55,005 bases of DNA, filler included, from an uncultured virus (IMG/VR IMGVR_UViG_2061766007_002010) (9 parts of one record of this genome joined end to end with filler, not necessarily neighbours in it); one strand, 5' to 3'. Positions 13,367 through 25,900 are shown, numbered from the whole stretch's first letter. Translations and numbers: made by a program. The notes: a model not told the origin generated them from the letters alone.

Positions 13367-13900
13367 ATGTCAATTTTTTGTAAAAAATACCGACAGGGTA
13401 TTTTCTACCCTAAAAATCCTAGCAAATGTTTGAACGTTAACGGTGAGATTTCTGCTAGACCTCCTGAATATCGTTCAAGCTGGGAATACAAGCTCATGGA
13501 GTGGTGCGACACTCGTGAGCGTGTTATCAAATGGGGTAGTGAAATTCATAAGATTGAATATTATTCTGAAGTGGACGGTAAGATTCATAGGTATTTTATC
13601 GATTTTTACTATGAAATAAATACAATACACAACGGAATTAAAAAGTATGCTATCGAGGTAAAGCCTAGCTGTCAGATAGCAAGACTCGACGAGAACGGGA
13701 TGGTCATCTACCCGGATCCGCCTAAAAAGAAAACTCAAAAATCGTTGCTGCAATGGCAAGAACGTTGCAATGTTATAAGAATTAATAACTGTAAGTGGCA
13801 GGCCGCACGAAAATGGTGTCAAGAAAACGGATATATCTTTGATGTATTATCTGAAGAAGACGTAGGTTCCTGGGCCAGTCAAAGGAATGTTAATAAATGA
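13367..13900 (+). CDS. T4 gp4-like head-completion nuclease (TnsA-like fold)
   Basis: QGIFYPKNPSK, YRSSWE, WGSE, HRYFIDF, IEVKP, KWQAARKWC motifs; TATAAACA at 13353-13360. Confidence 0.9.
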   Translation: MSIFCKKYRQGIFYPKNPSKCLNVNGEISARPPEYRSSWEYKLMEWCDTRERVIKWGSEIHKIEYYSEVDGKIHRYFIDFYYEINTIHNGIKKYAIEVKPSCQIARLDENGMVIYPDPPKKKTQKSLLQWQERCNVIRINNCKWQAARKWCQENGYIFDVLSEEDVGSWASQRNVNK

Positions 13901-14469
13901 GTGAAATGAACGTCGATGTATTCGATAAATTAGATGAAAAATTTGATATAAAAGAAGAAATACAAAAAACTGAGGAAAAAACCAAGAAGGCTATTGTTGA
14001 AGTAAAGAATGGTATCGCTCAGCAGAAATATAATCTTGAAGACAAGGAATATCTTAAGACCGAACTTCAGGATTTGATTTCAACTAACAGGATGGTTCTT
14101 GAGACACTTGCCGGACAGATTAAGTTCGGATGTGACCTTGGGCTTATCGCGAGCTTTGCCAATATTTCTAAGACTATTACCGAAAACCTTTCAGAGCTTA
14201 TCAAGCTTGAGAAACAGGTTACGGATTACCAAATCACAGAGTCTAATGAGAATATTAAGTTGGCAGCAATGGAACAGAAGGAACGAATTGCAAATAATCG
14301 TATGTCTTCTAAGGCCGGTAAGTTGCCAAATTTGACGCAGACAAACAATATATTCTGTTCTAATTCTCGTGACGCTTTAGACATGATATTAAACAACAAA
14401 CAAAAGCCCGAACTCGTTGAATCCGAGATGCCTAATTTTAAGTTTGAAGACGAAGGAGCAGAGGGATAA
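13897..14469 (+). CDS. terS: Terminase small subunit (gp16-like)
   Basis: Helical core (EYLKTELQDLI...FANISKTITENLSELIKL) and the C-terminal TQTNNIFCSNSRDALDMI signature. Confidence 0.7.
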   Translation: MSEMNVDVFDKLDEKFDIKEEIQKTEEKTKKAIVEVKNGIAQQKYNLEDKEYLKTELQDLISTNRMVLETLAGQIKFGCDLGLIASFANISKTITENLSELIKLEKQVTDYQITESNENIKLAAMEQKERIANNRMSSKAGKLPNLTQTNNIFCSNSRDALDMILNNKQKPELVESEMPNFKFEDEGAEG

Positions 14470-14471
14470 GG

Positions 14472-14730
14472 ATGGTTTTTTCAGNNNNNNNNNNCTTTTA
14501 AGAACTGTGTCGATGAAGACGTAGAAATTTCCAAAGATAGACTTACAGACCTCATGGAATTGATGGTTAATCTTATTTTAACCGAAAATAAGGCCGGTTT
14601 ATATGACCTTTTGACGAAGAAAAACACTAAAACAGCTAGGATTTTCTTCAACTATTTGACATGCTCCAATATCCGTTCTATAAATAAAGAGATAATTAAG
14701 GAACGAATTGAAGCAATTTATAAGTTCTAG
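14472..14730 (+). CDS. Small hypothetical protein
   Basis: ATG after AAGG, open frame to TAG, one 10-N gap. Confidence 0.6.
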
Positions 14731-14856
14731 GAAGGAAAATATGAGAGATTTAAAAGNNNNNNNNNNNNNNNNNNNNNNNNNNNNNNNNNNNNNNNNNNNN
14801 TTAATTAATTAANNNNNNNNNNNNNNNNNNNNNNNNNNNNNNNNNNNNNNNNNNNN

Positions 14857-17800
14857 TACGAATCTTCGATATTATTAGATTCACGATTCAAACCTTCACG
14901 TGCCTTAGTATCTGCCTTTTGTTCTTGCTTATTAAATACTTCCTTACTATGTTTCAGAATTGCCCATGCTGTAGCATAATATGCATAAAGGTCAGAATGG
15001 TCACGATTCTTATCGGTTCCTTCATTGAACATTACACAGATTTTCTTACAGTTGGACTTATTGAGATGGTCACGCATCATTTCGCCAGCATCATTGTCCT
15101 GGCTTACGATATTACGTGCAATAGGAACAATGCCGTTACCATTTGTACCATGAACAATATCCAAACCTTTCTTCGCGTTATTTGCAAAGCTTCTCATATA
15201 CTGGTTGAACTGTTCGACGTTTTCAACCTGATATACCTTGTTGTTTTTATCCGGCGGCAAGATATTACGGAAGTCAACAGAACTAAGACGTTCTTCCAAA
15301 GTTGGGATGTTGTGTTTTACGACTTCAAACGGATTTTCTTCGTTATCATCTTGCTGTTCTGGTTCTTGGTCATTAGGTTCATCGTTTTCATAAAGACTAC
15401 GATAAACACTACCTGGTTTCTTTTTAGGCTTAAGCGGTTCAATTTCTATATTTTCTACGCTTTCTTCAATTTCATCGCCGCTTTGGTTTTCAAGCTGAGA
15501 AGCAATACAAGAACCAATAGCTATGAGCTTATAAAGCTTAGGCAAGTAGTTGAGGTTGTCGAGTTCTTCAACAGCATCATAATACCAGTCATTGATTTTG
15601 CCAGCACCATACACCTTTTCAAGTTCAGTAGTAAGAATGTTCTTTAACTCATTCAACTTCTCATTCTTTGCATTATATTCATTAAACCAAGAGTCATTAC
15701 TACAACTACGGGCAAAATTATTAAGACCTTCGACCTCTTTCATGATAGCATCTGTAAATGTTGCTTTAATAGATGCAGCAAGCTTTGTAGCATTTTCTTC
15801 AGAAGAAACTTTCTTCTTGAAAGTTCCTACATGTTCCATTGCCGGGAATGTCTTAATGTCTTCAGAAATATGAATCGCCTGATTTTCGATTACTGGAATT
15901 TCTTTAACTTCATTCAAAGCACTTAAACCGTCGACGAACTGCTTAATGCTTTCGCTATTGACGTCAAACTTTAAGTCATCCTTAATCATGATGTCATAAA
16001 GGTTGATAATATCCTTAAGACTGTTAATACCGCCATTGTTGTTTTCGAGGTTTCCCTCTTCAATGAAAGATTTAAGAACTTTTTGGATTTCCTTTAAGCG
16101 TGGAATATCTACGTTTTCTTCAAAAATATCTTTTATCGCGGACATTTGTTCTAATGATGCATTCAACTGGTCTTCTTGTGTTTCACCGGTATCAGATTCA
16201 TCATCTGCTTCACCATCAGAAGAAGACTCATCATCTTCATCAGCCTCATTTAAGAATTGAGTAAATGGACGATATTTCGGTTTTGCACTTTCTTCTTCCA
16301 TTTCCTCTTCTTCGGTGTCTTCCTTCTTCTTTTCCTTTGTATCAGAAACAACAGTATCAGTAGCNNNNNNNNNNAGTGTCTTCCTTCTTCTTTTCCTTTG
16401 TATCAGAAACAACAGTATCAGTAGCTTCCTTGTTTATCTTGACATCCTTGTTTTCAGAATACTTGTCATAAACATCAGAATATTTACTTAACTGACCGAT
16501 AAGATTCTGAACGGCTACTTCGAGAGAAGATTGAGAATTACTGTTAGCAGTAGAGAAAGTATTGTTGTCAAAATCAACAGTTCCGATAGGACCATTTTCC
16601 ATGAGTGTGAGAAGTTGAGAACAGTCAGCAGTAACAACAACAGACTGTGCAGCAACAGCTTCGCCATAGTTGCCATCTTCTACAGCTTTTTGTACTTGGG
16701 CTTCGTAATCCTTTGTAGAACCATTGGACTTGAAAGCACTCTTGATTTCCTTGAAACCTTCTGCAAAATTGTCTTTAATAGTCTGAAGAAGTTTACCGCC
16801 TTCAGATAAACCCTTACAAAGTCCAAGAACCATACGTGGACCCATATTGAAAATTGTAAGATTTCCACTATTGATTGCGTCGGNNNNNNNNNNNNNNNNN
16901 NNNNNNNNNNNNNNATCATCAAGGAATGCCTGCGGACCACCTGTACCCCAACCTTTACGAATATTTATTTTCTTATGAGTAAATGGGTCATCTACATATT
17001 TTTCATCACCAGCGCCGCCTTTACGAACTTTATCCTGCGCTTCCTTAACACCGTTATCGAATGCAGCCTTATATTTTTCATACCAGGACTTAAACTGACG
17101 AGGCCAAGTAGCTTCAACTGCATCAGCCTGTTTTGCGGCTATACGTGCGTTATTGCTGAACTGAGATACCTTTCGTGGAACCTTTTCGGATTCATAAAGC
17201 AGGTTGGTTGTTTTCAATTCATTAGAAATACTTGCATAATAGGAATCTGCAATAGTTTCATCATCGTCATTATGACTAATTTCTTCTGACTTATCTGCAC
17301 CAAATCTATTCAAAGCATCATTATTTTTTGCTTCTTGCTGAACTGTTTTCTTTGCGGCGTCAATACGCATTTTTGCTTCAATATCTGCAATACCGTAAAG
17401 GAAATTTTCTTCTTCTTCATCGTTGAAAGCATCAATCATTAACTGCTTAAATTTGGATTCGCTGATTTTTGTAGTAGTATCTGCGAGCTTGCTTACGAAT
17501 TCAGAAGTTCTATAAACTAAAGCCTGACCGATTTTTGTATATGTTGATTCATCGCCGATAGTATCTTCATTGTCTTTTCTATCGGTAGCCTTTTTAATAG
17601 CAAGTTTTGGATTTTCAAAATACGAAGCGAGTTTAGAGTCGATAAAAACTTTATCGGCTNNNNNNNNNNNNNNNNNNNNNNNNNNNNNNNNNNNNNNNNN
17701 NNNNNNNNNNNNNNNNNNNNTTCTTCTTTTAGCTTGTCGCCGTACTTATCTATAAGCTTACGAGAAAGTTCAGTAAACTTCGGGTCATTATATTCAATAA

Positions 17801-17980
17801 ATTCACTACCAACATAGAAACCAGTGTTTGTTGCACCTGTNNNNNNNNNNNNNNNNNNNNNNNNNNNNNNNNNNNNNNNNNNNNNNNCTTACTTTCTATA
17901 TCCTTTAACGCATTCTTATATGAATATTCGATGTTTACATCGCTTTCTTTTTTGGCTTCGTATAAATCTAAAAATTTCAT
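14857..17980 (-). CDS. Large acidic protein (>1000 aa), putative internal head/core protein
   Basis: Starts MKFLDLYE after late promoter 18005-18012; each inter-gap segment has an open minus frame; contains PFTQFLNE, LLYE, SLYE motifs. Confidence 0.6.
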
Positions 17981-18067
17981 AAAATCCTACAGCTTATTTT
18001 AATATATTTATAAAAAAGACCATAGCCCATGGTTGAGCTATGGTTATAAATTCAGAAAATTGGCTTA

Positions 18068-18514
18068 TTAAGCTTCTTCTTCGTCTTCTTCTGTTTCAGC
18101 CGGAGTTTCGTCAGACTTGGTTTCGTCNNNNNNNNNNNNNNNNNNNNNNNNNNNNNNNNNNNNNNNNNNNNNNNNNNNNNNNNNNNNNNNNNNNNNNNNN
18201 NNNNNNNNNNNNNNNNNNNNNNNNNNNNNNNNTTCGGTAGTATCAATGATGTTCAAGCGAGCACCACAGCATGGGCAAACCGGATTGGCAACATCGACAT
18301 CGTATGTCTTTGTTTCTTCTTCGGTAGCTGTTTCTTCAGCCGGAGTTTCTTCGACAGGAGCTTCTTCCGGAGCAACATCGGAATCTACAGTAGGAACACC
18401 AGCAGGAGTTTCTTCAGTAGAAATTGTGAAGGTTGGATTTTCTTCATCAGGATCACCAAAGCTTTCGCAAAGGAGCGATGAAGCACGTAACATAGCATTA
18501 TTAAACTGGGTCAT
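18068..18514 (-). CDS. Acidic protein with CPCC motif
   Basis: Complete ORF; late promoter 18535-18542; VCPCCGARLNIID. Confidence 0.7.
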   Translation of the reverse strand: MTQFNNAMLRASSLLCESFGDPDEENPTFTISTEETPAGVPTVDSDVAPEEAPVEETPAEETATEEETKTYDVDVANPVCPCCGARLNIIDTTEXXXXXXXXXXXXXXXXXXXXXXXXXXXXXXXXXXXDETKSDETPAETEEDEEEA

Positions 18515-18533
18515 TTTAAATTCCTCTTTTTTA

Positions 18534-19040
18534 TTATTTATAAGCGTATGACTTCAATGCTGAGAATAATTCGTTCTCAATATAGAAGGGTGACACTTCA
18601 ATTCCGTTTTGTTTAACCATGTTGGCTATTGCGTTAGCCTTGGTTTTGACGATTTTCTTCAAACTGTCACTCATATAGAGGAAGCGTTCATTGTAATCAT
18701 CAGTTATATTTCCCATGGAATCTGTTGTTGGCTCTTCAACCTCAAGTTCGTCCTTGTAGATATTCTGAGCAGCGTCTTCGATGATTTCAAGTAAGTAGTC
18801 GGCAATTTTATTTTCGTTTATATTTTGCTTTGTACTTTCAGCGACATTAACGAGGTCATCGTCTTCGAATTCCTGTTTTGTACTGTCAACGAGACGTAAT
18901 TTAGCACGACAACATGGACATACAAGGTTATCGGTAGTAACTGTATAAGCTTCTACTTTACCTAGCTTATCCAAACCGTTATCGCCTTCAACGCCATATC
19001 CGGTGAGTAACTGAGATGCCAATTTCTGTAAATCGTTCAT
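18534..19040 (-). CDS. Hypothetical protein with CPCC motif
   Basis: Complete ORF; late promoter 19045-19052; VCPCCRAKLRLVD. Confidence 0.75.
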   Translation of the reverse strand: MNDLQKLASQLLTGYGVEGDNGLDKLGKVEAYTVTTDNLVCPCCRAKLRLVDSTKQEFEDDDLVNVAESTKQNINENKIADYLLEIIEDAAQNIYKDELEVEEPTTDSMGNITDDYNERFLYMSDSLKKIVKTKANAIANMVKQNGIEVSPFYIENELFSALKSYAYK

Positions 19041-19053
19041 ATATTATTTATAA

Positions 19054-19449
19054 TTAACCGAAGAGAGTCTCGTCGGAAGCTACAGTTTCTTCAACAGTAG
19101 GAGTTGTTTCTTCAACAACAGGAGCGGTTTCTTCTACAGTAACCTTGCTCTTGCGTTTCTTTGGCTTTTCTGTCGGAACTGCAACAACCGCGTCAACAAT
19201 CGGAGCTTCATCGGTCGGAACCGGTGCTTCTTCAACTACTGCAGCCTGTTCAGCTNNNNNNNNNNNNNNNNNNNNNNNNNNNNNNNNGAATGCCTGATAT
19301 TCCTTTTCAAAGGCATCAGTATTTCCAACGGATCTGAACGAATATGAGTGAGTCGGATATGAACGGATAGTATTACCCATTGCGGCACGAGCCTTGTCAT
19401 ATTCACTGTATGTTTGTTCTTCTTCGTAACGTTTTGCAAATCTATTCAT
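19054..19449 (-). CDS. Acidic low-complexity hypothetical protein
   Basis: ORF with AGGA SD and an E/V/P/T-rich C-terminus. Confidence 0.65.
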   Translation of the reverse strand: MNRFAKRYEEEQTYSEYDKARAAMGNTIRSYPTHSYSFRSVGNTDAFEKEYQAFXXXXXXXXXXXAEQAAVVEEAPVPTDEAPIVDAVVAVPTEKPKKRKSKVTVEETAPVVEETTPTVEETVASDETLFG

Positions 19450-20580
19450 CGTTATTTTTCCTTTTTGTTTGTTTTAAACTGTTTATAAAATCAGCATATT
19501 CTTCATCGAAAGATTTTGCTTCTTTAATAACATTATTTCCTTCGAGATTAGATATATCTAATTCTTTTGTTTCTTCTTCAGGTTCTTCAACATGTTCTTC
19601 AGGTTTATTTTCAACTGGAGTTTCAATACCAAAAAGCTCATTGATATATTCTCGACAATATGCTTTAAGTTCTTCTTTTAATTCTTTCTTTTCTTTTTCT
19701 TTTTTGAGATTTTNNNNNNNNNNNNNNNNNNNNNNNNNNNNNNNNNNNNNNNNNNNNNNNNNNNNNNNNNNNNNNNNNNNNNNNNNNNNNNNNNNNNNNN
19801 NNNNNNNNNNNNNNNNNNNNNNNNNNNNNNNNNNNNNNNNNNNNNNNNNNNNNNNNNNNNNNNNNNNNNNNNNNNNNNNNNNNNNNNNNNNNNNNNNNNN
19901 NNNNNNNNNNNNNNNNNNNNNNNNNNNNNNNNNNNNNNNNNNNNNNNNNNNNNNNNNNNNNNNNNNNNNNNNNNNNNNNNNNNNNNNNNNNNNNNNNNNN
20001 NNNNNNNNNNNNNNNNNNNNNNNNNNNNNNNNNNNNNNNNNNNNNNNNNNNNNNNNNNNNNNNNNNNNNNNNNNNNNNNNNNNNNNNNNNNNNNNNNNNN
20101 NNNNNNNNNNATCATACCAGGAGGATTATCCTTATTGCCTTTTAAAATCTGAAGGTTATAAAGTCTAATTCCGCCAACCGGATCCAGAATATTTATTATC
20201 TTATAAAGACAAATATCATTCTGTACATTACTAATTACTTCTTCATTCACAACGAACGGTCGCACAGTTTCATCAACTTCATAAGAGCTGCTGTGTGACG
20301 CTGCTTCACCTTTGTTATATTCTTTTGCTGCTTTTACGGCGGCGGTAAGTCTGGAAGCAACCCATTCGGGGCAATGATTCGACCTTACGATGNNNNNNNN
20401 NNNNNNNNNNNNNNNNNNNNNNNNNNNNNNNNNNNNATCTAATAGATAAGAACGAGATTCTCCATCTTCGTCAACAACAGTAACGGTACCGTCTGTGTTT
20501 TCACGGATGTACATACCGTCATCGAATTCATAAACTTTTTCGTTATTTTCGTCAATATATTGACCGATAACGGAGAAACT
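19442..20580 (-). CDS. One or two hypothetical proteins, heavily masked
   Basis: Open minus frames at 19442-19712 and 20112-20580; boundaries hidden in Ns. Confidence 0.45.
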
Positions 20581-20711
20581 NNNNNNNNNNNNNNNNNNNN
20601 NNNNNNNNNNNNNNNNNNNNNNNNNNNNNNNNNNNNNNNNNNNNNNNNNNNNNNNNNNNNNNNNNNNNNNNNNNNNNNNNNNNNNNNNNNNNNNNNNNNN
20701 NNNNNNNNNNN

Positions 20712-20809
20712 TGGTCTAAACCGCAAGGTGCACCGACGCCGATACCGAAATCTTCGTCGAGAGTCACTCCGTTTTCTTTTAAAATTTCTAATGCTTCTTC
20801 AACTGTCAT
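20712..20809 (-). CDS. Small protein with the shared leader motif (3' end masked)
   Basis: MTVEEALEILKENGVTLDEDFGIGVGAP. Confidence 0.6.
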
Positions 20810-20811
20810 AA

Positions 20812-21273
20812 TTATGCCTTATTGATTTTTATACCGTATAACTTATTTATATTGTCGGCTTTTACTGCCCATTCCCCGGAATGTGCATATTTATCGTTAT
20901 ATAACAGTTTATTGAACTTATCAATGTCGCCTTCTTGATAATACCAAGCAGCTTGGTCGATTTGTTCTTTTGGAATTCCAGAAACAACTTCATAATGAAG
21001 CATTTCATGAATCATAGTCGAAATAAATGCCTTTCTGGTTCTTTTTCGGCTTTTAGAAATCTGAATCTTGTAATTTGATATAGTCTTTTTGTCTAAGTCT
21101 ACATCATATTTCAAGTCACCGTTTAAGGTATTACTTTCTATGATTTCTATCGGTATTTCTGGGATTTTATTGTCAAAGAATAATCGGTTACACTCCAGAA
21201 ATAGACTTGATGCTATCTCGTCGTTTATTTCAAATTCCTGGACACTGAGACGTTTCTTGTTTGTATATTGCAT
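20812..21273 (-). CDS. SprT-like zinc metalloprotease
   Basis: CNRLFFDNKIP, IQISK, TMIHEMLH (HExxH) and distal AHSGEW. Confidence 0.8.
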   Translation of the reverse strand: MQYTNKKRLSVQEFEINDEIASSLFLECNRLFFDNKIPEIPIEIIESNTLNGDLKYDVDLDKKTISNYKIQISKSRKRTRKAFISTMIHEMLHYEVVSGIPKEQIDQAAWYYQEGDIDKFNKLLYNDKYAHSGEWAVKADNINKLYGIKINKA

Positions 21274-21277
21274 AAGA

Positions 21278-21520
21278 TTAATAGGAATCGATGTCTCGCC
21301 AGCTCGATTCCATGAAATCTTTGCGGGACTTTACATATGTTTTCCCTTCATATTCCAAGGTTACATTCGAGGCGGTATGATCGATTAATTTCACTTTAAT
21401 GGCACAGCATTGTTTCACTTCTGGAATCTTGGTCCAATAAATCGCACCATTCATTAACGTAAAACCATACTTGAAGTAGTCATTCTGTTGTTTCTTTGGG
21501 CAATTAGGACATGGAGTCAT
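21278..21520 (-). CDS. Small Cys-containing hypothetical protein
   Basis: 80-aa ORF tightly packed between neighbours. Confidence 0.6.
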   Translation of the reverse strand: MTPCPNCPKKQQNDYFKYGFTLMNGAIYWTKIPEVKQCCAIKVKLIDHTASNVTLEYEGKTYVKSRKDFMESSWRDIDSY

Positions 21521-21521
21521 T

Positions 21522-22069
21522 TTAATGTTTCCTTAATAAATCGTCTAGCTGTGAATTTATTTGACGGACGACGTATTGACGAGCTAGCATACTGGTGTTT
21601 GCAAGCTGGTTCTGAATACGCTGGTTGTTATAAACGTTCTGAAGCCAAGTAATAGAAGAAAGATATGGAAGTTTTGGTTTTAACCATTCACGAAGCTTGA
21701 ACATGAGAAGGTCAAGATTCGAGATACTGTCGTTTTCTTCTTTGGTAACTGGCTCACGAATAAGTGCACCGTTGCGGTCGATGAGGCCGAGCTTGTATGC
21801 TTTTGTCTTTCTAGGAATTGTAGTTATCGACTTGAGAAATACGAAAACCAGGATGTTATCGATATTNNNNNNNNNNNNNNNNNNNNNNNNNNNATTTTCT
21901 TGCCACTGTTTTTAAGATTTCTCAGTGACATTGCAGCTTCGTTAAGTATTCCGTTAGCTTCGAAACCGCTCGCCAGCATATTCGCATTATTGACGAGACG
22001 ACGTAAACCCTTCTGACCAGAAGGATCATCCAATGATTCGAAGAATCTTTCCCAGATTATTTTTTCCAT
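21522..22069 (-). CDS. Conserved T4-like phage hypothetical protein
   Basis: FVFLKSITTIPRKTKAYKLGLIDRNG resembles a motif I recall from T4-like phage structural regions; late promoter 22077-22084. Confidence 0.6.
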
Positions 22070-22093
22070 ACTACTATATTTATAACTAGAATT

Positions 22094-22785
22094 TTAGCAC
22101 CATTCATTACACGAGAAGCCTTGGTCGTCGTCAATATCGTAATAATTGTTATATTTTCGACATTTTTGAGAATTCATAGTGCAACTTTCTATTCTTGGTG
22201 CGAATTCTGTTTGGGTTCCTACCCATCCAGGATTAGAAACACATGTAATTTCTGTCTTTACTGTTATAGGTTTATCCGGTTTATCCGGGTTATCAAAAAC
22301 TTCTTCTTTAGTAATAGTCTTGACATCCATTTTATCCTGACGAACNNNNNNNNNNNNNNNNNNNNNNNNNNNNNNNNNNNNNNNNNNNNNNNNNNNNNNN
22401 NNNNNNNNNNNNNNNNNNNNNNNNNNNNNNNNNNNNNNNNNNNNNNNNNNNNTTGATGCTGCACCTTCATCTATACCTGTAATTTCTTCACCACAAATGG
22501 CACAAGTTAGATGAAACTCCTCGGTTTTTGGAGCCATGTTTTGGAGTTTTCTAGCACAACTTACTGAACATGTCTCATAATAACCCTTTGAGACACTTAT
22601 AANNNNNNNNNNNNNNNNNNNNNNNNNNNNNNNNNNNNNNNNNNNNNNGCACACTTTCCTTCATTCTCTTTCTTGAAATACTTGTCATAGTATTCCCTGA
22701 TACTGCCAAAACCATGGTCATTCTTGACATGAAGGCCATATTTCGTATGATGTTCAAAGCTTTTTCCACAAATTTTACAAACATA
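22094..22785 (-). CDS. Multi-zinc-finger protein (start masked)
   Basis: C2H2-like CKICGKSF...LHVKNDH, EYYDKY...GKC, GYYETCSVSC, CAICG. Confidence 0.7.
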
Positions 22786-22914
22786 NNNNNNNNNNNNNNN
22801 NNNNNNNNNNNNNNNNNNNNNNNNNNNNNNNNNNNNNNNNNNNNNNNNNNNNNNNNNNNNNNNNNNNNNNNNNNNNNNNNNNNNNNNNNNNNNNNNNNNN
22901 NNNNNNNNNNNNNN

Positions 22915-25900
22915 TCTTCTTGTAAGCCAGACTGGAGGCATTAAATTCGCCATTTTAGGCTATTTACTTGTCGGTGGTTTGGCAAGATCAATGAACGGCG
23001 ACGATAATACGCCACAAGATGCTATTGCTGCCAGATATGAAGAANNNNNNNNNNNNNNNNNNNNNNNNNNNNNNNNNNNNNNNNNGAATAAGTTAGAAGA
23101 TAAAGCAAAAGACGCCAAATTAAGTCCGATTGAATATCTTTTGAATAATGATAAAATTACATTGTTCATGAAGGGTGTTAATTATACTATTGAAGGCAAT
23201 GATATTTTACCGACTTCAAAAGAAGCATATGCAGAAGCTGCAGAAAATTATAAAGAACACTTATTTGGTTCGTTCTATATTCCATCTACTGAATTGATGA
23301 CTAATAAGGGCCATCGTTATGGTACTTATGCTTTTAATTTTGATAAGACCTATCTTAATTGCGACATCAAAAAAGATGTTGATATTCGTCACGTAATACT
23401 TATTGGTAAACAGTATGCCGAAAATAAGGAAGCTACTTTCAATGTTAGTCAACGTCAGGATGCAAGTATTGTAGGTATTGCCGAAATTATTCAGGATGAT
23501 ACGACATCCGAAAGTGTTCCTCCTGGTATTGAACTTCTTAAGGATCAGAATGAATTTGTAACTTTCCAGTGTCAGTTGAGATTTACGGTTACGGAATGTN
23601 NNNNNNNNNNNNNNNNNNNNNNNNAATTATGATTGATGATACCGAAGATAAGGATGCTACTAAGCCTGCTTATGAACCGGTATCTGATATTGCAAGTAAG
23701 CTTGCATTGGTTAATAATGGTCTTAAGACACTTTCTGGTGGTATTACAATCGGTCAAACAGAAGAAATCCTTGATGAACTTCAGCTTGGTCCAGAAGGTT
23801 CTATCTGTATGACAAAGACATTGATGGTTGCAGACTGTATTGATGCAGACGACGCAGAAAACCAGTTCAATGCTGCTGCACTTATTCATCCGATTAACAA
23901 ATATCCGGATGAAGGTAAGGAATATGTCCCACAGATTTTGATGACTACGGTTAAGTCGACATCTTCGTATAATGAAGATATTACGGCATATTCTGTTGGT
24001 ATGACTGTTAAGGCAGAAGGACGCGGTGAAGCCTATGCAATGTTCCCGGATTCTATTACTTCTGCGGATGCACCGATTTTCAAACAAGGTCACGTTCCTG
24101 AAAACGATAGAATCGCAGTAGATATTTTCGGTCTTGACAATAAGCTTAACGGTAATGCAAAAGACCGTTTGCTTTTCTCTGAATATAACAGAATTACTGA
24201 CCCGCATTATGGTAGACCGTCAGTATTGATTAATTCTGATAGCAATATTTTGCGTCAGGGCGCATCTAANNNNNNNNNNNNNNNNNNNNNNGATAGGAAC
24301 GAATTCATACAAGGTGTATCTAATTCCTTATTATTTGAATCTAATAATAACTATTTTAGCGGTGGTAACGGTAACAGTCTTTATGGTTCTGATTCCAATA
24401 AGATTGCATATGGTAATTATAATAACTTATTGTTCTCTCATGACAATAGTATAAAAAGCCATAACCATACATTCATTAATTCTAATTCTAATACTGCTAC
24501 TGAAAATTCCAATAACTTTATTGCTATTGCATCTTATGGTAATGGATTTAGNNNNNNNNNNNNNNNNNNNNNNNNNNNNNNTGGCCAGGCATTTAACTCG
24601 CTTTTGATGGGTTCTGTTTCTAACCATCTCCTCGAAGACACTAAGGAAGCAACTCTCCTCAATGCCAAGAATGTTACATTACGTAGTTCTTACGATGATA
24701 TGATTCTTGGTTCACGTGGCGGTCTTCTTTACAAGTCTTATTTCAATGGTTATTACGATAACTATACTTGTACGGTTTCTGATTCTGACCAGAACTCTCT
24801 TATGCGTTCTAGATTCCTCGGTATCAAGGGTTTACCGATTGGTAGCATTGACCCGGCAGAACGTCCGATTAAGTCTGACGTACAGTCTAATAATAACGTT
24901 ATTTTACGCGGTGAATATTTCGATATGTTCATGTGCTCTAATAACTTTATTGTTGATACTTACAAGTTACAGTCTGACGATAATATTACTAGCTTAGGTC
25001 CTGTTCGTGTTAAGGGTTCTACTTTCGTTAACTCTAGCAAGTCTAAGGTATTCAATGCCCGCGATATTTATCTTTGGCACTCTGAATATTCTCGTGTTGT
25101 TGGCGCATCTAACCTTTCTGATACACAGCTTGGTCTTGTCGGTACTTCTAATGCTATGGGAAGTACAAACGAACTTGATTCTATCTATTACGGTGAATTC
25201 TATGGTTCTGACTTCAGTATCAAGGGTCTTAAGGGTGCTTCTTATAAGAACGGTGCAGAATCCCTTAAAGTTAATGCTCGTCCGGTAGATATGCTTCGTT
25301 TGAAGCTCATGTTCATGAATACTTACGGTTCTGAACTTGACTTAGGTGGATATAATCCGGATGTTAAGTATAAACATGGTACTTCTTATTTGGCTAATGC
25401 TACATTCGAAAGCCAGAACTTCACCTTGTTTAATACTTCTGTTAAACCGACAAATTCTAACGTAGTTGGTGGTCACCACAATAAGTTTGTTGGTGGTAAG
25501 AATACGGTTATTCTTGGTGGTGAATATTGTAAGGCTTCTACTTACGAACATCAGGTTTTGATGGGTAAGTACAATAAGGATGTTCCGGCAGATATTATCT
25601 ATGGTTGTGGTCACTTCAATGGTACTACATTCGTCCAGGGTGATAAGGAATATACGGAAGCCGAACTTGAAACAATCGAGACTATGCATCAGACTATCGA
25701 CAAGGTTCGTGGTGATGGTGATAATAAGTCTGGTGAAACTTGTTTTAATGCTCTTGAATTCTATGCTCACCAAGGTAAGATGATATTCCGTAACTGCGAC
25801 GACGGTCATGACGCTGGTTCTGACGTTGTTTCGAATAACTTCGGTAAGTCTATTACTATTGACCCGACCGGTATCGTATTCCGCGATAGAAACGGCGATA

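Noticed and set aside
13367..13900. Tn7 TnsA transposase or mobile element
   Set aside because: Motifs and context match T4 gp4 head-completion protein; no other tns genes or transposon ends.
16315..16424. 50-bp direct repeat in the large acidic gene
   Set aside because: Identical copies flank a 10-N gap; an overlap artefact.
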